From Botryllus schlosseri (Eukaryota): DNA of 60,000 bases. Under the pieces are notes generated by a model. It did no database searches. It worked only from the letters and a program-made list of their open reading frames with translations, and was not told the DNA's origin. Location of the stretch: contig CM119372.1 of NCBI GenBank assembly GCA_051294905.1, positions 23,438,001-23,498,000 on the forward strand, read 5' to 3'. Of the stretch, positions 1-13,038 are shown one piece after another. A program made the position numbers and the translations under genes. The number at the start of each line of letters is the position of its first letter. Position 1 is the first letter of the stretch.

Positions 1-23
1 AAGTGGTCTTTATTCGGACTAAC

Positions 24-3000
24 CAGTCGCAATACACACCGATTTATCTTTATCGCTCCGTTGAGACAAAGATATCTTCAACTGCGACAATTGTCCCCGC
101 AACAACTTATTCTGAAAAGCACATCACAGGAAGAGAGTACGTCTCACCGAAATAGTAGCAGCAACCCACAGAGTGATAAAGGAGGAGCTTCGTGGAGGCG
201 CAGAACTTCAATATACAATTGAGTACTGTATTCATATTGAAATGAACCCGTATATTTTCGGCTGACACTCGTCAGGGGTTAATCGTCAGCAACTAGTAGA
301 GAATTGGAAAGAACATTGTACACCTACAATCGTATTTCAATTGTATGCCACGACACCGGCATGAAACTTTGAATAATCGGGCGAAGAAATAAAAATGGGT
401 ACTAAAACAAGACAAAACTTCCACCAAAATTGTACTGTGACGCTCTCAGTCAGTGTTGGAAAACTACAAAATTACATTAGAATTACAATTACCGATTTCT
501 CAAAAACTTGGAAATGGAATGGAATTGTGAATTAAAAATATACACAACAGCAATCAGTATATATACAAATTAGAGTTCACTCTTATAAGCATGACAATTG
601 CAAATGTCTGTAGCAAGCTTGACTCGTGTGTCGTGTCACGCTATACAGTTCTCCCGTAGCATCTTCAGGAAAACCAGAAATTACATTACAACCAAAATGA
701 GAAGAACGAAACATTTCACGAATTAGATTACAGCTGGATTACCGGCATTCCGCTATAATTAGACAACTGGAATTACATAGCTGCCGAGTCTGCTCGCAGT
801 TCACGACATTGTCCATAGCGTTGCGCAAAATTGAGCACCCGAATGATTCGATTTCGAGTCAAGTCTTCTGTTAGAGTAGCCTACCACCTATTATAATGTG
901 ATACCCGTGATAATGAGTGAGGAGTTCAAATATATCACTTTTTGAAGCCAGCACTTGGCTCAAATGATTACAATTGACACTCGGCTCAAATTCAAGTACT
1001 GGGATCGTTAAGCCAAGCCCGATTCATCGATCAATCATGTCTCGAGATATATTATTAATGAGCTGATTTGTAAAAGTAGACCGCATTCATATGGGGCAAT
1101 TAGCGTCTTCGGGGTTGCGTCCGGATACACTCGTAGCTCGGCCAGAAAGATTACCTCGCCGTAGGAAGCCTCCAACATCTCCTCCATTTGCATTCCACGC
1201 TCTATCGACTCCTTCAGCTTTTTCTTGATCTGTATATCGAGAATACGGATCAGCGATGTACAGATCAAATCCAATCACAGAGTATGGACGACGTGTGTGG
1301 CACACGACAAATTACGTGACGACGACGGAACAGGCTATCGATTATCGGAGCAGTGAATCAGCAGCAATCAATGTATATTGAAATTACTTGGGTAATAAGT
1401 CACGTAAAGTAATTTCCGCATATAATTACATTTCGAATCGGACCCAATGCATATTCGACTGTCATCAATGCTCCAAACTAGGTGAAAAATTTAAAACAAA
1501 AAGCTGGAAAATTACTAAAGATTTAGTTGTTATTATTTATGTAACATAGTACAGTATATTGCAAGATGAGCGGACCTGAATAAATTGGAATGACCAACGG
1601 TCCTGCAAATAAGCGGGTTCGTACCTGTCCTGTCCTGTTCCTGTCTACATTATGCGATTGTGATACAGGCCTAACTTCATTACTTAATGCTACTCATTGT
1701 CTCATCTCTCTAAAGTTTTTGAAGACGTGAACTTTTGAAGTTTGTCAAGCTTTCCGTTTCAACGTTCCATAGTTTTTGAAGTCAATATACGCAAAAATAT
1801 TTAACTTTAATACTTCTCAAGTAAAATAGAAATCACATTCGGGATGACGCACCTTATTTTCTTGGGAGTTAACATAATATATCACAGTCGCATATCATGA
1901 AAGCAGAACATATTCTGGAGAAAGTTTTTTTCGTCCCTGGCAGCCCCTGCAAGCAACCAGGTCAACTCACCTTTTCATCCAATATCTTATGATGTTCGAA
2001 TAGAGATTTGAGGGCTTTCAAAACCTCCACTTCGCTCGAGACGCCGGCATTTTGCTGGTACTGCCTTTTCACCAAAGTCAGACGGAAGGATCGTTCGTGC
2101 CGCGACACCAGGGCCTCGAGATGTTCGATTAAAAACTGCAAGTGAAAATAGGCGTAAGTTCACAGCCAAGTCTGTACGACACATCAGGATCACCACGACA
2201 AAAAAAATCTAATTGGACTATTGTTTCTCTCATAAAAACCATCACTTGGCCGCAAAACTTATGTAAGTTCATTTTTCGGAATTGGTCAAAATGATATTCC
2301 CAGGACTCGAGGATGTAATTTTAATGTCCACGGCGAAAATTTAATATATTTCGACGCACCAAAAATATTAGACTACAATTGGCAATACAGTTTGTACTAT
2401 GCATATGACAACATTCTAAATTCATAATATCATACAGATACAGCATATCCTTGATAATTCGAAAAGGTCTCGTCCAGCTCAGCCTGATAATAATGATTCC
2501 AAATGTATGCTAACAGTCTACTTGTCAGACCAAAATTGAATTCAACAGTCATCGGAAAATTGTGAAAGGTCTTGTCAGGCGCGAAGCTCATTTTGAGCTC
2601 GCATATCGCTGTCAGTTGTGGAACGAATCATTTACCTTGCATAGAGAACGTGGTTAGTGTCAAAACAAGATATAGATTGGGGTGTAACTCATAACCCGTC
2701 ATATAACACACCACTGCAGATTTAGCGTTTCGATGGTGTGAATGACATGCAGGTGTAAACGATGGGCGGACTTGACCTTGAAGATCAACATACTGCTAGG
2801 CTACTACCGCGCACCTGTTTGCAGATAACGGTATACTGAAGTTATTTCATACATGACTAATGACAGGAAAATGAGATCAAAATCTATTGGAGTCTGATTC
2901 ACACCTGATAGCAAGTATAGAAACCTGTTTTACGCTCTGAACGATATCAATGTAGCAATACAGTCAGAAGCCAAACACATTTACCAGTCTGGCCCAGACT

Positions 3001-6000
3001 GTTGAGGCGAACGCTTATATTACCTTGCAATTGTTGGCAAAGCAACGGAAGATTTTGATTTTATTAGACTATTATAGCATTTGATTGCTCCGGTTTGTAT
3101 ATATGGTGAGTGGTGACGCTTAAAAAGTCAGCATGTACTTCAGCATTGTGGCATAGTGGGTATCGTGTAGGTATCACTTCAGTGAAATGTAGAGTTGGAA
3201 GTAGCAATATGACGCCGCATGACATGATACGCTTCCCGTTCGAATTGACATAGAACCTTTCAAAAAGGTTTGTGTTCACACGAACCAAAACCTTTCAGGG
3301 GTTCACACCATCATCCCTAGTATATAGGAGTTTTGGGTAGTGGGGAATGAAGACTCGGAATAAATCTGAAGTGGGAAATGAAGACAAAAAGGTTGGGAAC
3401 CATTGGTATAGTGTATACTGTATGTATACACTACGTTCCTGTTTTCCCATGAAAACCGCTTCGCACAACGGCATTTTATATAAAGCGATGATCGCTCGTG
3501 TGATGGCCGTAGTTGTCGAACCAAATCAGAGATGATTCCAATTACTTTCCAAACGGTAGGGCCTACTTTGTAATGTCTGTCCCAAAGTAGGTCTTTAGGC
3601 CTATTCTTTTACGAAAATCAGAGAGTCATGACTGCTGCTAAGCAATCGAAGCTCTTGATACGGTGATAAATTACTGCGAAGCTAAAGAGCAACGTAATAT
3701 ATTCCAGAAGTGGTCAAAGTAGTCAGTGCTGGTATTCAAGTAGAAATAACGTCATAAATTTCTACTCAAGTACAAGGGAAGTAGTGATTTACGAGACATG
3801 TCAATACTACATCAAGTGGGAGCAGAAATGGAAGGAAGCTGATTTGGTTGAGGGATCGCGTATGTGCGGCGGTTACTCGGAGATTTCTACTTTTGAAATT
3901 GACAAGCGCATCTTGGGGAATAACTCAAAGTGACAAATAGCTGCAATTTTCGGAAACACATTCAGGAACCGTGATTCTGTGGCACCTGGTTGTTATGACA
4001 ATTTCACACACAAAAAGTTGTCGCAACCATACCCCAAAACTACTTTCCACTTAATATAAACAAGGTGAAAAAGTAAGTAGTTTTGCTGTAAAAGTAGAAG
4101 TAGTCTAGAAACGTGACTACATGTACCCGAGTGTTGTTGCGTTCGGCTTGAAACTCAGAGATCTCGGCCTGCTGTTCCTTCACGAGACTCTGTGCGTGAC
4201 CCAGTTCCTTCGTTAAGGAAGCAATATCCTGTTAAAATAATTAAGGCTGGGATTAAACTCATACTCAGACCTGGCAAGTTTTAACGTGGAAAGTTAATGA
4301 ATTCAAGAGTTTTGGTGCAAGATCACCACAGGCACCGGGTAGATCTGAGGAAATGAAAGCTGAAAATTCCCTGCAAATCTAGTTCTTGTGTTGAGTTCTG
4401 GTTGCGTGACATGCACAAATAAAAGTGACAAATTTACGACCATTTATGATCTGTGATGTGGCAAGGAGTATATTAATTGGTTTTTCCTCAAAATAGACAA
4501 TATGGGTTTACAGTTTTCTTGTGTTGTAATTTACATATTCAATCATGAACTTGCTACCAGATGCTGTACTGCAACTATGACAGTGTGACTTCAATACATT
4601 ATTCGGGAGTTTACAAGTTTCCAATCCAATGCCAGAGCCGACAGAACATGGCAAGGAAATACAGTTGCATGCATTTTGAAATTGAAGAATTACAGTCAAT
4701 ATGTCTGTAATATGCAAGGTACGTTCCGCCTTGAATTTCTTCGGGCGGATCTAGTTATCTAGACTCAGGCTACCCGGATACTTACAGATGGAACACCTTT
4801 AGATAATTGCCTCTTGAGGAAATCTCTTTCCGCACTGGCTTCCGCATATTTCGCCTTGATGTCGTCGTTTTCATCTTTCAACAACTATAAATGCATCAAC
4901 CAAATGGTAAAATATAAGCACGCTCAGGTCATGGAAAGCCGCTAGGCGACAAGAACAGCCAAAAATGCAATCATCTGCTAACACATCACTGAGGGTGAGG
5001 GTAACTAAAATGTTTCGAATTTATGAGTTACATTTAGAAGTTGAATGGTAGTGCTTTCTATGCATAGTGATAGGAATAGAATTCAGTTTTGCTCTGCAGG
5101 AAGGGAGAGTGAGAAAATCCAGGTCAACCAGTCGTTTCGGATCAATTTCTCCAAAATTTTCTAGAAGGTATCATCATCATTAGTGCTCGCATTTCAAGTA
5201 ATTATAATCTATGCGAAATCTATATTGCTGTAATGAAGCCTACTTGTCCATATTTGATTCAAGCTCGCAATCGCAATAAAAATAAGCACACTGAACACAG
5301 TATTACGATCAAGATTGATGAATATTTGCTCCTGTGATAAATCATAATATGCTAAGAGTTGTATCTATGTGACGTGGAAATTGGAAACAACATGAGATTC
5401 ATTTCTTACAAGTCGAATTATGTGACGGAAGTGCATCTCATAAAACAGTAATTAGAACAATGGATTTAGCCGTTGAGAATGTAAATGCATGAACATATAA
5501 AATTATTTCGACATCACAAGAAGAAGTGAAGCAGTTTACCTGTAAGCTTTCATTCAACTTCTCGCGTTCATCATTCAAAGCAACTATCATATTCTCCATT
5601 TCAGTCTGAGAAATAATGAACAGCTATTAGATATTCTACTACGAGCAGAATTTTGATATGGAAAATTGGACATGCATGTGTAAGCTGAAATTATCATAGC
5701 ATGAAACATACGACATCTTTTGTGCGATTAGATTTCAAGACTCTAGATGCCAGTATAAATAAATAAGAGTTGGGTAATCAGTAATCATTGTAATCAATCA
5801 TCTGAAATATTCTGCTTCACTACACAAAATTTGAATGTGCAAATGAAAATAAGCCAGTGAAGTAGGAATATGGAACATATACTTCTACTGGGTAGCCAAC
5901 TGAGCCATTGGTGAGTCTCTTCAATAAGCCATGTCATTACCAAAGTGCCTGGATAATGTATAGAAATTGAATAACGTAGTAAAAAACGGTGTGCACCAAG

Positions 6001-7080
6001 GCCACCCTGCTGCGCTGTATTGAATCATTTCACCATAAACAGATATTATGGTAGTATTGGTGCGCCAATACTTTTTAACCACTATGATTGAAGATGGGTC
6101 CATTTCGGTTGAATGCAGTACAGGCATACGAGCCTACCGCTTAAGACCATTGCCAGGTTTACAATGTCGAATTTATATGGTCAATGATACCTTTATAAGT
6201 TGGACAGAGTTCTTTTCAACACCACGCTACTCTCACAAAATTACATAGAATGTAAGAAAGTTATGACAAAATCATTAACATTAAGAAAAATATGATCAAA
6301 GCTAAAGAGACACATTTATTCTCCAGTGTAGGTGAACTATACATCAGCCTTCATTACAAAATAATAGAAGATTCTGAAACAACCCGGATAGGGACTGCAG
6401 AGTAATGTAGTAGTATAAGGCTGACCTACCTCCATAGCGCAGGCTACAAAGAATTCCAGAACTCTGATAACAATAATTATCATCGTATTTTGTGAAGACA
6501 TAATTATTGAGCATTATCGTAACATGACGAATTCTAGAACAGAATGCGTCTGGTGCAATATAACAAGAGATGACCGTAATCTTGGGAGTCAATGCAAGTT
6601 GAATTCTGATGAAGCCAGGAAGACTGATTCTCACAGGGAGAGATAAAACATACAATCATCCCACCACAGAAATTGATAACAATTTGCTGGAGATATGCTC
6701 TTCTCCAAATGTTCAAGTCTTTATTATTTACCCACAGGATACATGGAAAAATATAAATCTACTTGATGAGTCAACATGGTTTGTGAAACCTTTAATTAAA
6801 ACGACCATGGTGAAAAGTTTATGAGGTGACATTGTTTTACAAATAAAGCTATAGTTGCACAAGTGAAATATTTATAGAGTCAACAACTCAGGATTACAGG
6901 CATTGAACATGTTATGATTCTGGATCATCGGTCCCTAGTCGAACACTATTAGGTTGACGAACTATTATTGCGTTGGTCGCATGAATTTCATTAACTAGAC
7001 TTGAAGAATGAGCTTACCTCTTCAGTGTCTTCATCATCATAGACTTTGTCTTCAGAGATGGTTGGCATTCTCTCTCCCAT
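24..7080 (-). CDS. PPFIA: Liprin-alpha (PPFIA/SYD-2 family), N-terminal coiled-coil exons; gene continues beyond the left edge
   Basis: GT-AG exons on the minus strand: 7080-7018 ([12 protein letters not shown]...), 5605-5540 ([22 protein letters not shown]), 4884-4786 (...[16 protein letters not shown]), 4228-4127 (DIASLTKEL...AERNNTR), 2135-1971 ([25 protein letters not shown]...[25 protein letters not shown]), 1229-1155 ([12 protein letters not shown]...). A probable further exon runs from 111 to 40 or 24. Motifs [26 protein letters not shown] and [22 protein letters not shown] are liprin-alpha hallmarks. All junctions are phase 0 and in frame. Confidence 0.93.
2915..3320. mobile_element. 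Partial copy of family F MITE in a liprin-alpha intron
   Basis: Similar to 46655-47085 in the same orientation and to 36135-37660 in reverse. Ends in GTTCACACCATCATCCCTAG. Confidence 0.7.
3705..4110. mobile_element. Decayed partial copy of family C (AGTAGAAGT-rich) MITE
   Basis: Starts CAGAAGTGGTCAAAGTAGTCA, the reverse of the 3' terminus of the copies at 18092 and 22156. Confidence 0.55.
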
Positions 7081-8926
7081 CGCTTTGTATTTCTTCCGTC
7101 CCTCCGTCCGTCAAATAACAACCTTTTACCCAAGTCGACGGCAAGCTGATTTTTACATCCCTGGTACTAATGAAATATCCACTGATGCAATCAGAATTTG
7201 ACAACTGCGAGTGTGAGAATTGGCTATAACAGGCTGACACCAATTATCATCATAGGTGCAATCCTAGAATGAGTAAAATATGGAAATAATGTTAAACACA
7301 CAAGCTTATACATCGACAATAAGTTTGAGTTGATATATTACACAGGTCAAGATCATTTCTGTAAAAATATCTAAATCATTATGAAAGATCTCATTTCCAT
7401 ATTGACTATCTTCAGGGGTATCAACATGCAACCAGCGAATTATTTTGAAACACATCGCGACAGTTCATGCCACTTCCTTCCAAATGCTGACATATTGAGT
7501 TGCAATAAATCTAACGAGGTTTGGCCTTGATTATATTTACTTATAATCTTTTATTGCGCCAAGAATCACATCTGTTGTTTGTAAATCTGCTTTACCTGGC
7601 TTCGCAAGTACAATTTCACCATTAGACCGCCTTATTATGAAGTCAAAGCACTCTACACGGATCTTGTGCGTGCTGGTGCTGGTCTTCACGTATATCAAAG
7701 ATATGCAACATCAACCAGTGTTGTGTAGTATAAAGGCAATCATGTGTTTTTATTTTGAATTTGCATAAACTGTCAATTAGGTACAGTAGTCAATTTGACC
7801 TGTCATTTATATTTCAAATGTTATGACCCTCAAATTAATATTTTAGTATTGTGCATGTTCATATTTACCTGTGCAAATATGAATGTTCAAACATAACTCA
7901 AACGTTGATTAAATAGGACTATTAGGCTTGACATGGTATGATCAGTATTCAGTAGCAGAGCTCTAAAGCATTATGTCAGGTCCTGTCCGAAATGTTGACC
8001 ATGGGACTGGAATATGGTCCTCTCCTTAATGTATCGTGTAGGGATCTTCGCCCCAAGACACCACTTTACGCTCAGAAACATCATAATTCATATTATCACT
8101 TGCATTTAATGTCGGGCCGCCGGGGTATGGATATTGAAGGCATGAAGAACCATAAAGAAAATTCATTACTTCACCTTTTTCCAACTGCGAAGACACAAAG
8201 GGACTGAGTTCTATAAATCCTATGTAATTTTAGGTAGGGAGATGGGTGGCCTTATATTAAAAATAAATTTGACTGTATTATAGTGTGATAGCGTGAAGTG
8301 AAGAAATTCCTATTACCTCGTTTTCGGAAATTATGTTTACTGTCTCTCAACTATACAACAATGTCATTGGAACTTTATACATGCGGATTAATTTTTTTCG
8401 CGCTCTATTTAATTTACTGCAACAACAGTAAAGATATAATTTGACGATGTGTGCAAAATGGCCTGGACGTGGAGTGTCTTTCATGGCCTATCCTTAGTGC
8501 TGATAGAACCAGAAACTAAATAATAAAAATCACTGACAAATAAAATTAATGGGTATCTCAGATCAAACATATAATCAAATATGACAGCAAAACCATACTG
8601 AAAAATGAACCGGAATTGATATACATATAATAATGGTACCATGGCATATATATACGGCATACCATTGAGTCAGTAAACCTAGCGCGGCTCAGGAAAACTA
8701 AGAACGTAGAAACAACCATGGTTTTCTGGTCATAGCGAACAGCGACGAGTCCTTCTATCTTTTCACTATATCGCAATTTTGTTGTGTTTTGATCCGATGA
8801 AGATTTCTAATAAAATGACTGACTGAGTTACCGACCTGCGAACCTGAGTTTACTAATCTAATGATTTTTGCTCGTAACTCTCTAGCGACAGCACTCGGCA
8901 AATGACAAGAGCTGCGCAGCGCATAC

Positions 8927-9548
8927 CAGAGATGAGCGGATTTGGAATTTCTATGTCCTAATCCAATCCAAATCCGAACCTTCAAATCCTAATCCAAATC
9001 CTAATCCATAACTTTTTCATAATCAAGTCCATGTCCAATCCTAATCCGATTCCAACTGGAAATTCAGAAAAAATGCTAATTTATGGAAGGGAGGGATTTG
9101 AAATTTTTCTTTCACTACCAACGATCCCCTCGATTCAAGATAACTTGGTAACCGTGAGTAAATTAATAGCTGATTTAAATAAAGTTTGTCGCCATTCGCC
9201 ACACGACACGCTTTCTTTTTCTATACTATCTTCTTTACTTTCATTCAGTGTACATGCCTCCTCTTTACATCGCCTAGGCCAAGGTGGGTGTCAGATTCCA
9301 TAGACTGCTCCTTGTCGCTTCGACACCTTCCTGTCTTTTCATTGTATCGCATTTTTTGTGGTGTATTGAACTGATAAAATTGCTAATAAACCAATGATGA
9401 TGATGATGATGATGATCTACCAGAAAATAGGTAAATCCAATCCTAATCCGTTCAGAAAAAAATCTCTAATCCTAATCCAATCCAAATCCGAAATTTTTTC
9501 ACAAATCCTGTTTTTTCAAATCCTAATCCTAATCCATGCTCATCTCTG
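8927..9548. mobile_element. hAT-like MITE, family A
   Basis: TIR CAGAGATGAGC...GCTCATCTCTG, perfect 8-bp TSD GCGCATAC, AATCC-rich subterminal repeats. Second copy at 20022-21927. Confidence 0.9.
9210..9416 (+). mobile_element. 3' end of a non-LTR retroelement/SINE (family D) with (GAT)n tail, inserted in MITE A
   Basis: Closely similar to 43990-44191, ends AATAAACCAATGATGATGAT, and is absent from the second A copy. Confidence 0.75.
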
Positions 9549-9762
9549 GCGCATACTGACCAAAGTCACTCACATATGGTGTCCGGTCAATTCCGAGAAT
9601 TCTATTACCGGGAATGCTATTACCAATCAATCAATCAATCAGGTTTATTAATATTTTCATCGTTTCAAAACATCACAAGACTGCGATACAATGAAAGATA
9701 GGAAGGTGTCGAAACAACTTGGAGTAGCCTTTAATATCAGACACCCACCTTGGCCTAGAGGC

Positions 9763-11258
9763 CAGTGGTTCCCAACCGGGGTGGAATTCCCCCCTTGGGC
9801 GGAATTTTGCAATTTTTAGGGAGGAATTCCACATTAGAATTGTAACGGATTTCCAAATTGTTCATGTCCGAACTGTCATGTAGTCAACCAGTTATATCCG
9901 AATGTATGCTCCTTACGGCATTTTTTGTTTGCTGAAAGTATGTTCAAATGCTATTTGAAATCTATTTTTCACATACAAATTCCCCCTTTTTTAAAACTAG
10001 TTCAGATGTGCTGCAGTTCGCACGAGAATTTTGTAGGTCAGCGACGGCCTCTCAATCAAAAATATCCTAAGCGAGGAAATGTCGTGCCGAATCCATCCCA
10101 ACAAGGCCTCTACTGAAAGTATTTATCTTATATTTTCAAGTCAACATTTTCAGACAGTGACAAAATATTCTAACGTCATCGATTCAAGTCAAAGAGATCG
10201 CTAGCCTTGCTTTATTTTTAGTGAACAGCTACCCGATCGAAAAAAGACATGTTAAACTTGGTGCAATGTTGCCGAAACGTAATGGGTGTCCTAAATTTCC
10301 AGCAATGAATCTGATCACGTGTATATTATATATCAGGGCTGTAACCAAATCACGAGGCTCCGAGTAACAAGTCAATCTCACTTTCATAGTTTTGACTCGA
10401 GTCAAGTCGAGTCATTTTCAATTCACCATTGAGTCAAGTCCGAGTCCAAGTCACCGAGCAGAGGGCCGAGTCCGAGTCATGGTATTATGACTCGAGTCCA
10501 AGTCACACTCCAGTCAACACTGTTTGGTGATATTGAATGATTTGCATTTATGATGAACTAATTTTCCTCACTTTGAGCAGTGTCTTGTCGCATTGTCAAG
10601 TACCAGGATCAATAGACTAAATTCCAATATGGTGTTCATTTTACTGTTCTTCGAAATTACAATGAAATGTCGGTCTTGGCCGTCTTATAGTCTCGAGTCA
10701 TATATGGCTTGGTTCGAGTCATGCACAATGACTCGAGTCCAAGTCGAGTCAACACCCAGATTGTCTTGAGTCGAGTCGTTTCCGTATTTTGAGAAAATGA
10801 CTCGAGTCAAGTAGAGTCATCAGAAAATGGTGACTCGAGTCTGGTCAACCCTCCTATATATGAAAGTACCAATATTATTGGCCATGCATACGCAAACTTG
10901 AGGAAAAAATCGCGACACCAGTAAATTTATGCATACTGATTTTTCACAACAGTTATATTAGCGATTGGTGCATGGTAAGCCAAAAACACAAATGGAAGTG
11001 TGGGGGTCTGTTGAGTCAAGCTTTCCAGAAGTTGTTTGATTGGGACCAGGACCATTGTTTTTGGAGGTCTACAAAGTGTTATTACAGCACTGATAGAAAC
11101 AAACACTCGATACCGCCCGTCTTATTCTCTCAGTCAACAGGTGTTTGCGCGGTAAAAATGACCTTTATTAATCATAGGGCAGATTTATCCTAAGGGGGGG
11201 AATTTTGGCTTAATTTCGGCCAAGGGGGGCACGCGATGAAAAAGGTTGGGAACCACTG
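9763..11258. mobile_element. hAT-Charlie-like MITE inserted in a reversed family D copy
   Basis: TIR CAGTGGTTCCCAACC...GGTTGGGAACCACTG with a degenerate GCCTAGGC target duplication. Family D sequence runs on both sides (9625-9762 and 11259-11310). Confidence 0.8.
10334..10853. mobile_element. GACTCGAGTC-rich MITE (family B-related) nested in the Charlie-like element
   Basis: Degenerate CAGGG termini, flanks TTATATAT/CTATATAT, many GACTCGAGTC palindromic subterminal repeats. Confidence 0.65.
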
Positions 11259-11742
11259 GCCTAGGCGAAGTAAAGAAGAGGCATGCACACTGAATGAAAA
11301 GTATTGCAGAGAATATAAGACGCAAGCGACAAAATGAGGTGGCATGTGGCGGAGGGCGAGGTCGATGTTAGGTCGTGGTCCGGTAATCCTGAATACTGGC
11401 TAGTAGTCAGAAATTGCTTGTATTTCGACTTGAATGTGGACATGCTCGACGACTATTATACAAATAATCGTAGTAATGTTTGTGCTTTACTATGTGTGGG
11501 TTTTGGGAGTGGGTACATGTGGGAGTGAAGATAATGAGTCACCGCTCAACGTTCTTGCATTGTGATTACAATGACTACATTAAAGTGATGCACGTATGAT
11601 TATCAACTAACGAATGCTACTTCTGAAATTTTCGTCAAGTGTTCCATTACTATTTCGCTGTACCCTGATTTATTATTGATATAGAAAATTTTCGAGTTCA
11701 TCATATTACGTCTTTTGTTGTCCGTGTTTTTCTTTTCCGAGC

Positions 11743-12963
11743 ATGGCTGACGAGAGGAATCCGTCTCCGCCTAGAGAATTCGATGATCGAGCGGAAACTT
11801 TCCGCCAAGATTTGATCGGAAATACCACGATAAGCAAGAAATGGGTTTACAAAATATTGGTGGAAGTTTGCACAGTGGTGGATTCGCACCAGAAAGTTGA
11901 AGAAGAGGAAGTTGTTAATCTTTCCGAAGACTTGCAAGATGACATGTGTCGACTCTGGGACTTATGTGTTGAAGAGGATGTGGCAAATTTTCTTGTAGAT
12001 TCAGACTCTATTGATATGTTTTGCAAAATATTGAATGCCAGCAAAAGTCCAAGACTTACGGAGATTATAATCGGGATATTGGGAAATATGACCTGTGCAG
12101 AGAAACCTTGTAAAGCATTGTCAGAAAGTCCTGAAGCTCTTTTAGCAATCATATCTCTTTTCTCATGTCGTGATTCTATGACTCTTGTGGAGTTAGGGCG
12201 TCTAGTGAATACATGTTTGTCTACTCAAACTTGTCAGGGATACTGGTTGGACTTTTTAGAATCGAATGTTTCTAATTTTTATGACGATGTGACATTTATA
12301 TTGCGCTCCTGTACCAATGAATCAGTACTGAAATACACCCTCGAAGTCTTGGATATCTGTTTAGACTCCCGAGATAGCATGCTGATGTCATTTTCTCAAA
12401 GAGAATTTTCAGACATTGTCGCAAAAGCTGGTTTGCAAGTGTTGCAATCCGGTGATTGGTCTGCTAGCGCCATCACGCACCTACACATTTTGTATCTTAT
12501 CACTGCCGTCGAAGATGCGGTTTCTGACATCTTTGCCTGTAATCGTAATATTTTTCAATTTGTCGCCAAATGCTTTGAGATATGGTCTGAATTTGACGAA
12601 TTCAGTATAGCCGATGATAACCCATCAGTAATTCCTCTTGCAAGCTGCATGACTATTTACTATGCTATTTTAGATTCTTCACGATTGTCTGAAAATTTTG
12701 GGCAAGATTTTTTCGACGCTATTTCGGACATGCAAAAGCAAAATGTTTCATCATTGACTTACTCTACCATCGAGTACTGTGAATCCATTTCTTCTCGTAA
12801 CGGTGTGTCGAAATCTGAGCAACAGTCAGCTGAGACTGAAACCTGTGCCAGAGAAAAAGTATCTGGCTTGAAAGTAAATGAAACGCTTGTCAAAGGGGTG
12901 CCAATTCTTGATATTGCCAAGGACCTTAAATCTATTATAACAAAGTTAAAGTGGATTCAGTAG
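11743..12963 (+). CDS. SAAL1: SAAL1 (serum amyloid A-like 1) homolog, 406 aa, intronless
   Basis: Uninterrupted ORF. RNPSPP, D.IG.T..SK.W, C(R)LWD, SK.PRL.EI..GILGNM.C and FIL.S.TN match the SAAL1 family as recalled. Confidence 0.88.
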   Translation: MADERNPSPPREFDDRAETFRQDLIGNTTISKKWVYKILVEVCTVVDSHQKVEEEEVVNLSEDLQDDMCRLWDLCVEEDVANFLVDSDSIDMFCKILNASKSPRLTEIIIGILGNMTCAEKPCKALSESPEALLAIISLFSCRDSMTLVELGRLVNTCLSTQTCQGYWLDFLESNVSNFYDDVTFILRSCTNESVLKYTLEVLDICLDSRDSMLMSFSQREFSDIVAKAGLQVLQSGDWSASAITHLHILYLITAVEDAVSDIFACNRNIFQFVAKCFEIWSEFDEFSIADDNPSVIPLASCMTIYYAILDSSRLSENFGQDFFDAISDMQKQNVSSLTYSTIEYCESISSRNGVSKSEQQSAETETCAREKVSGLKVNETLVKGVPILDIAKDLKSIITKLKWIQ

Positions 12964-12970
12964 CTACGAA

Positions 12971-12998
12971 TTTTATACAGATTCCAACTATTTTCCAG
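12971..12998 (+). promoter_or_regulatory. Candidate trans-splice acceptor site(s) for CDK5
   Basis: TTTTATACAG (12971-12980) and TTTTCCAG (12991-12998) lie in the 75-bp SAAL1-CDK5 spacer. The spacer has no AATAAA/ATTAAA and little room for a promoter. Confidence 0.55.
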
Positions 12999-13038
12999 GG
13001 GCGTAACTTTGATTGTGCTAAGATCAAAGAAAACGATC

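Noticed and set aside
7590..8330. Donor-like sites suggesting 5' UTR exons of liprin-alpha
   Set aside because: Non-coding exons cannot be validated from sequence alone.
9031..9303. ORF MSNPNPIPTGNSEK..., with a similar ORF at 20114-20338
   Set aside because: The similarity comes from two copies of MITE family A. No transposase motifs.
13009..13038. N-terminal extension of CDK5 in the ORF track (TTG start)
   Set aside because: Non-ATG start. The ATG at 13039 matches the conserved CDK5 N-terminus.
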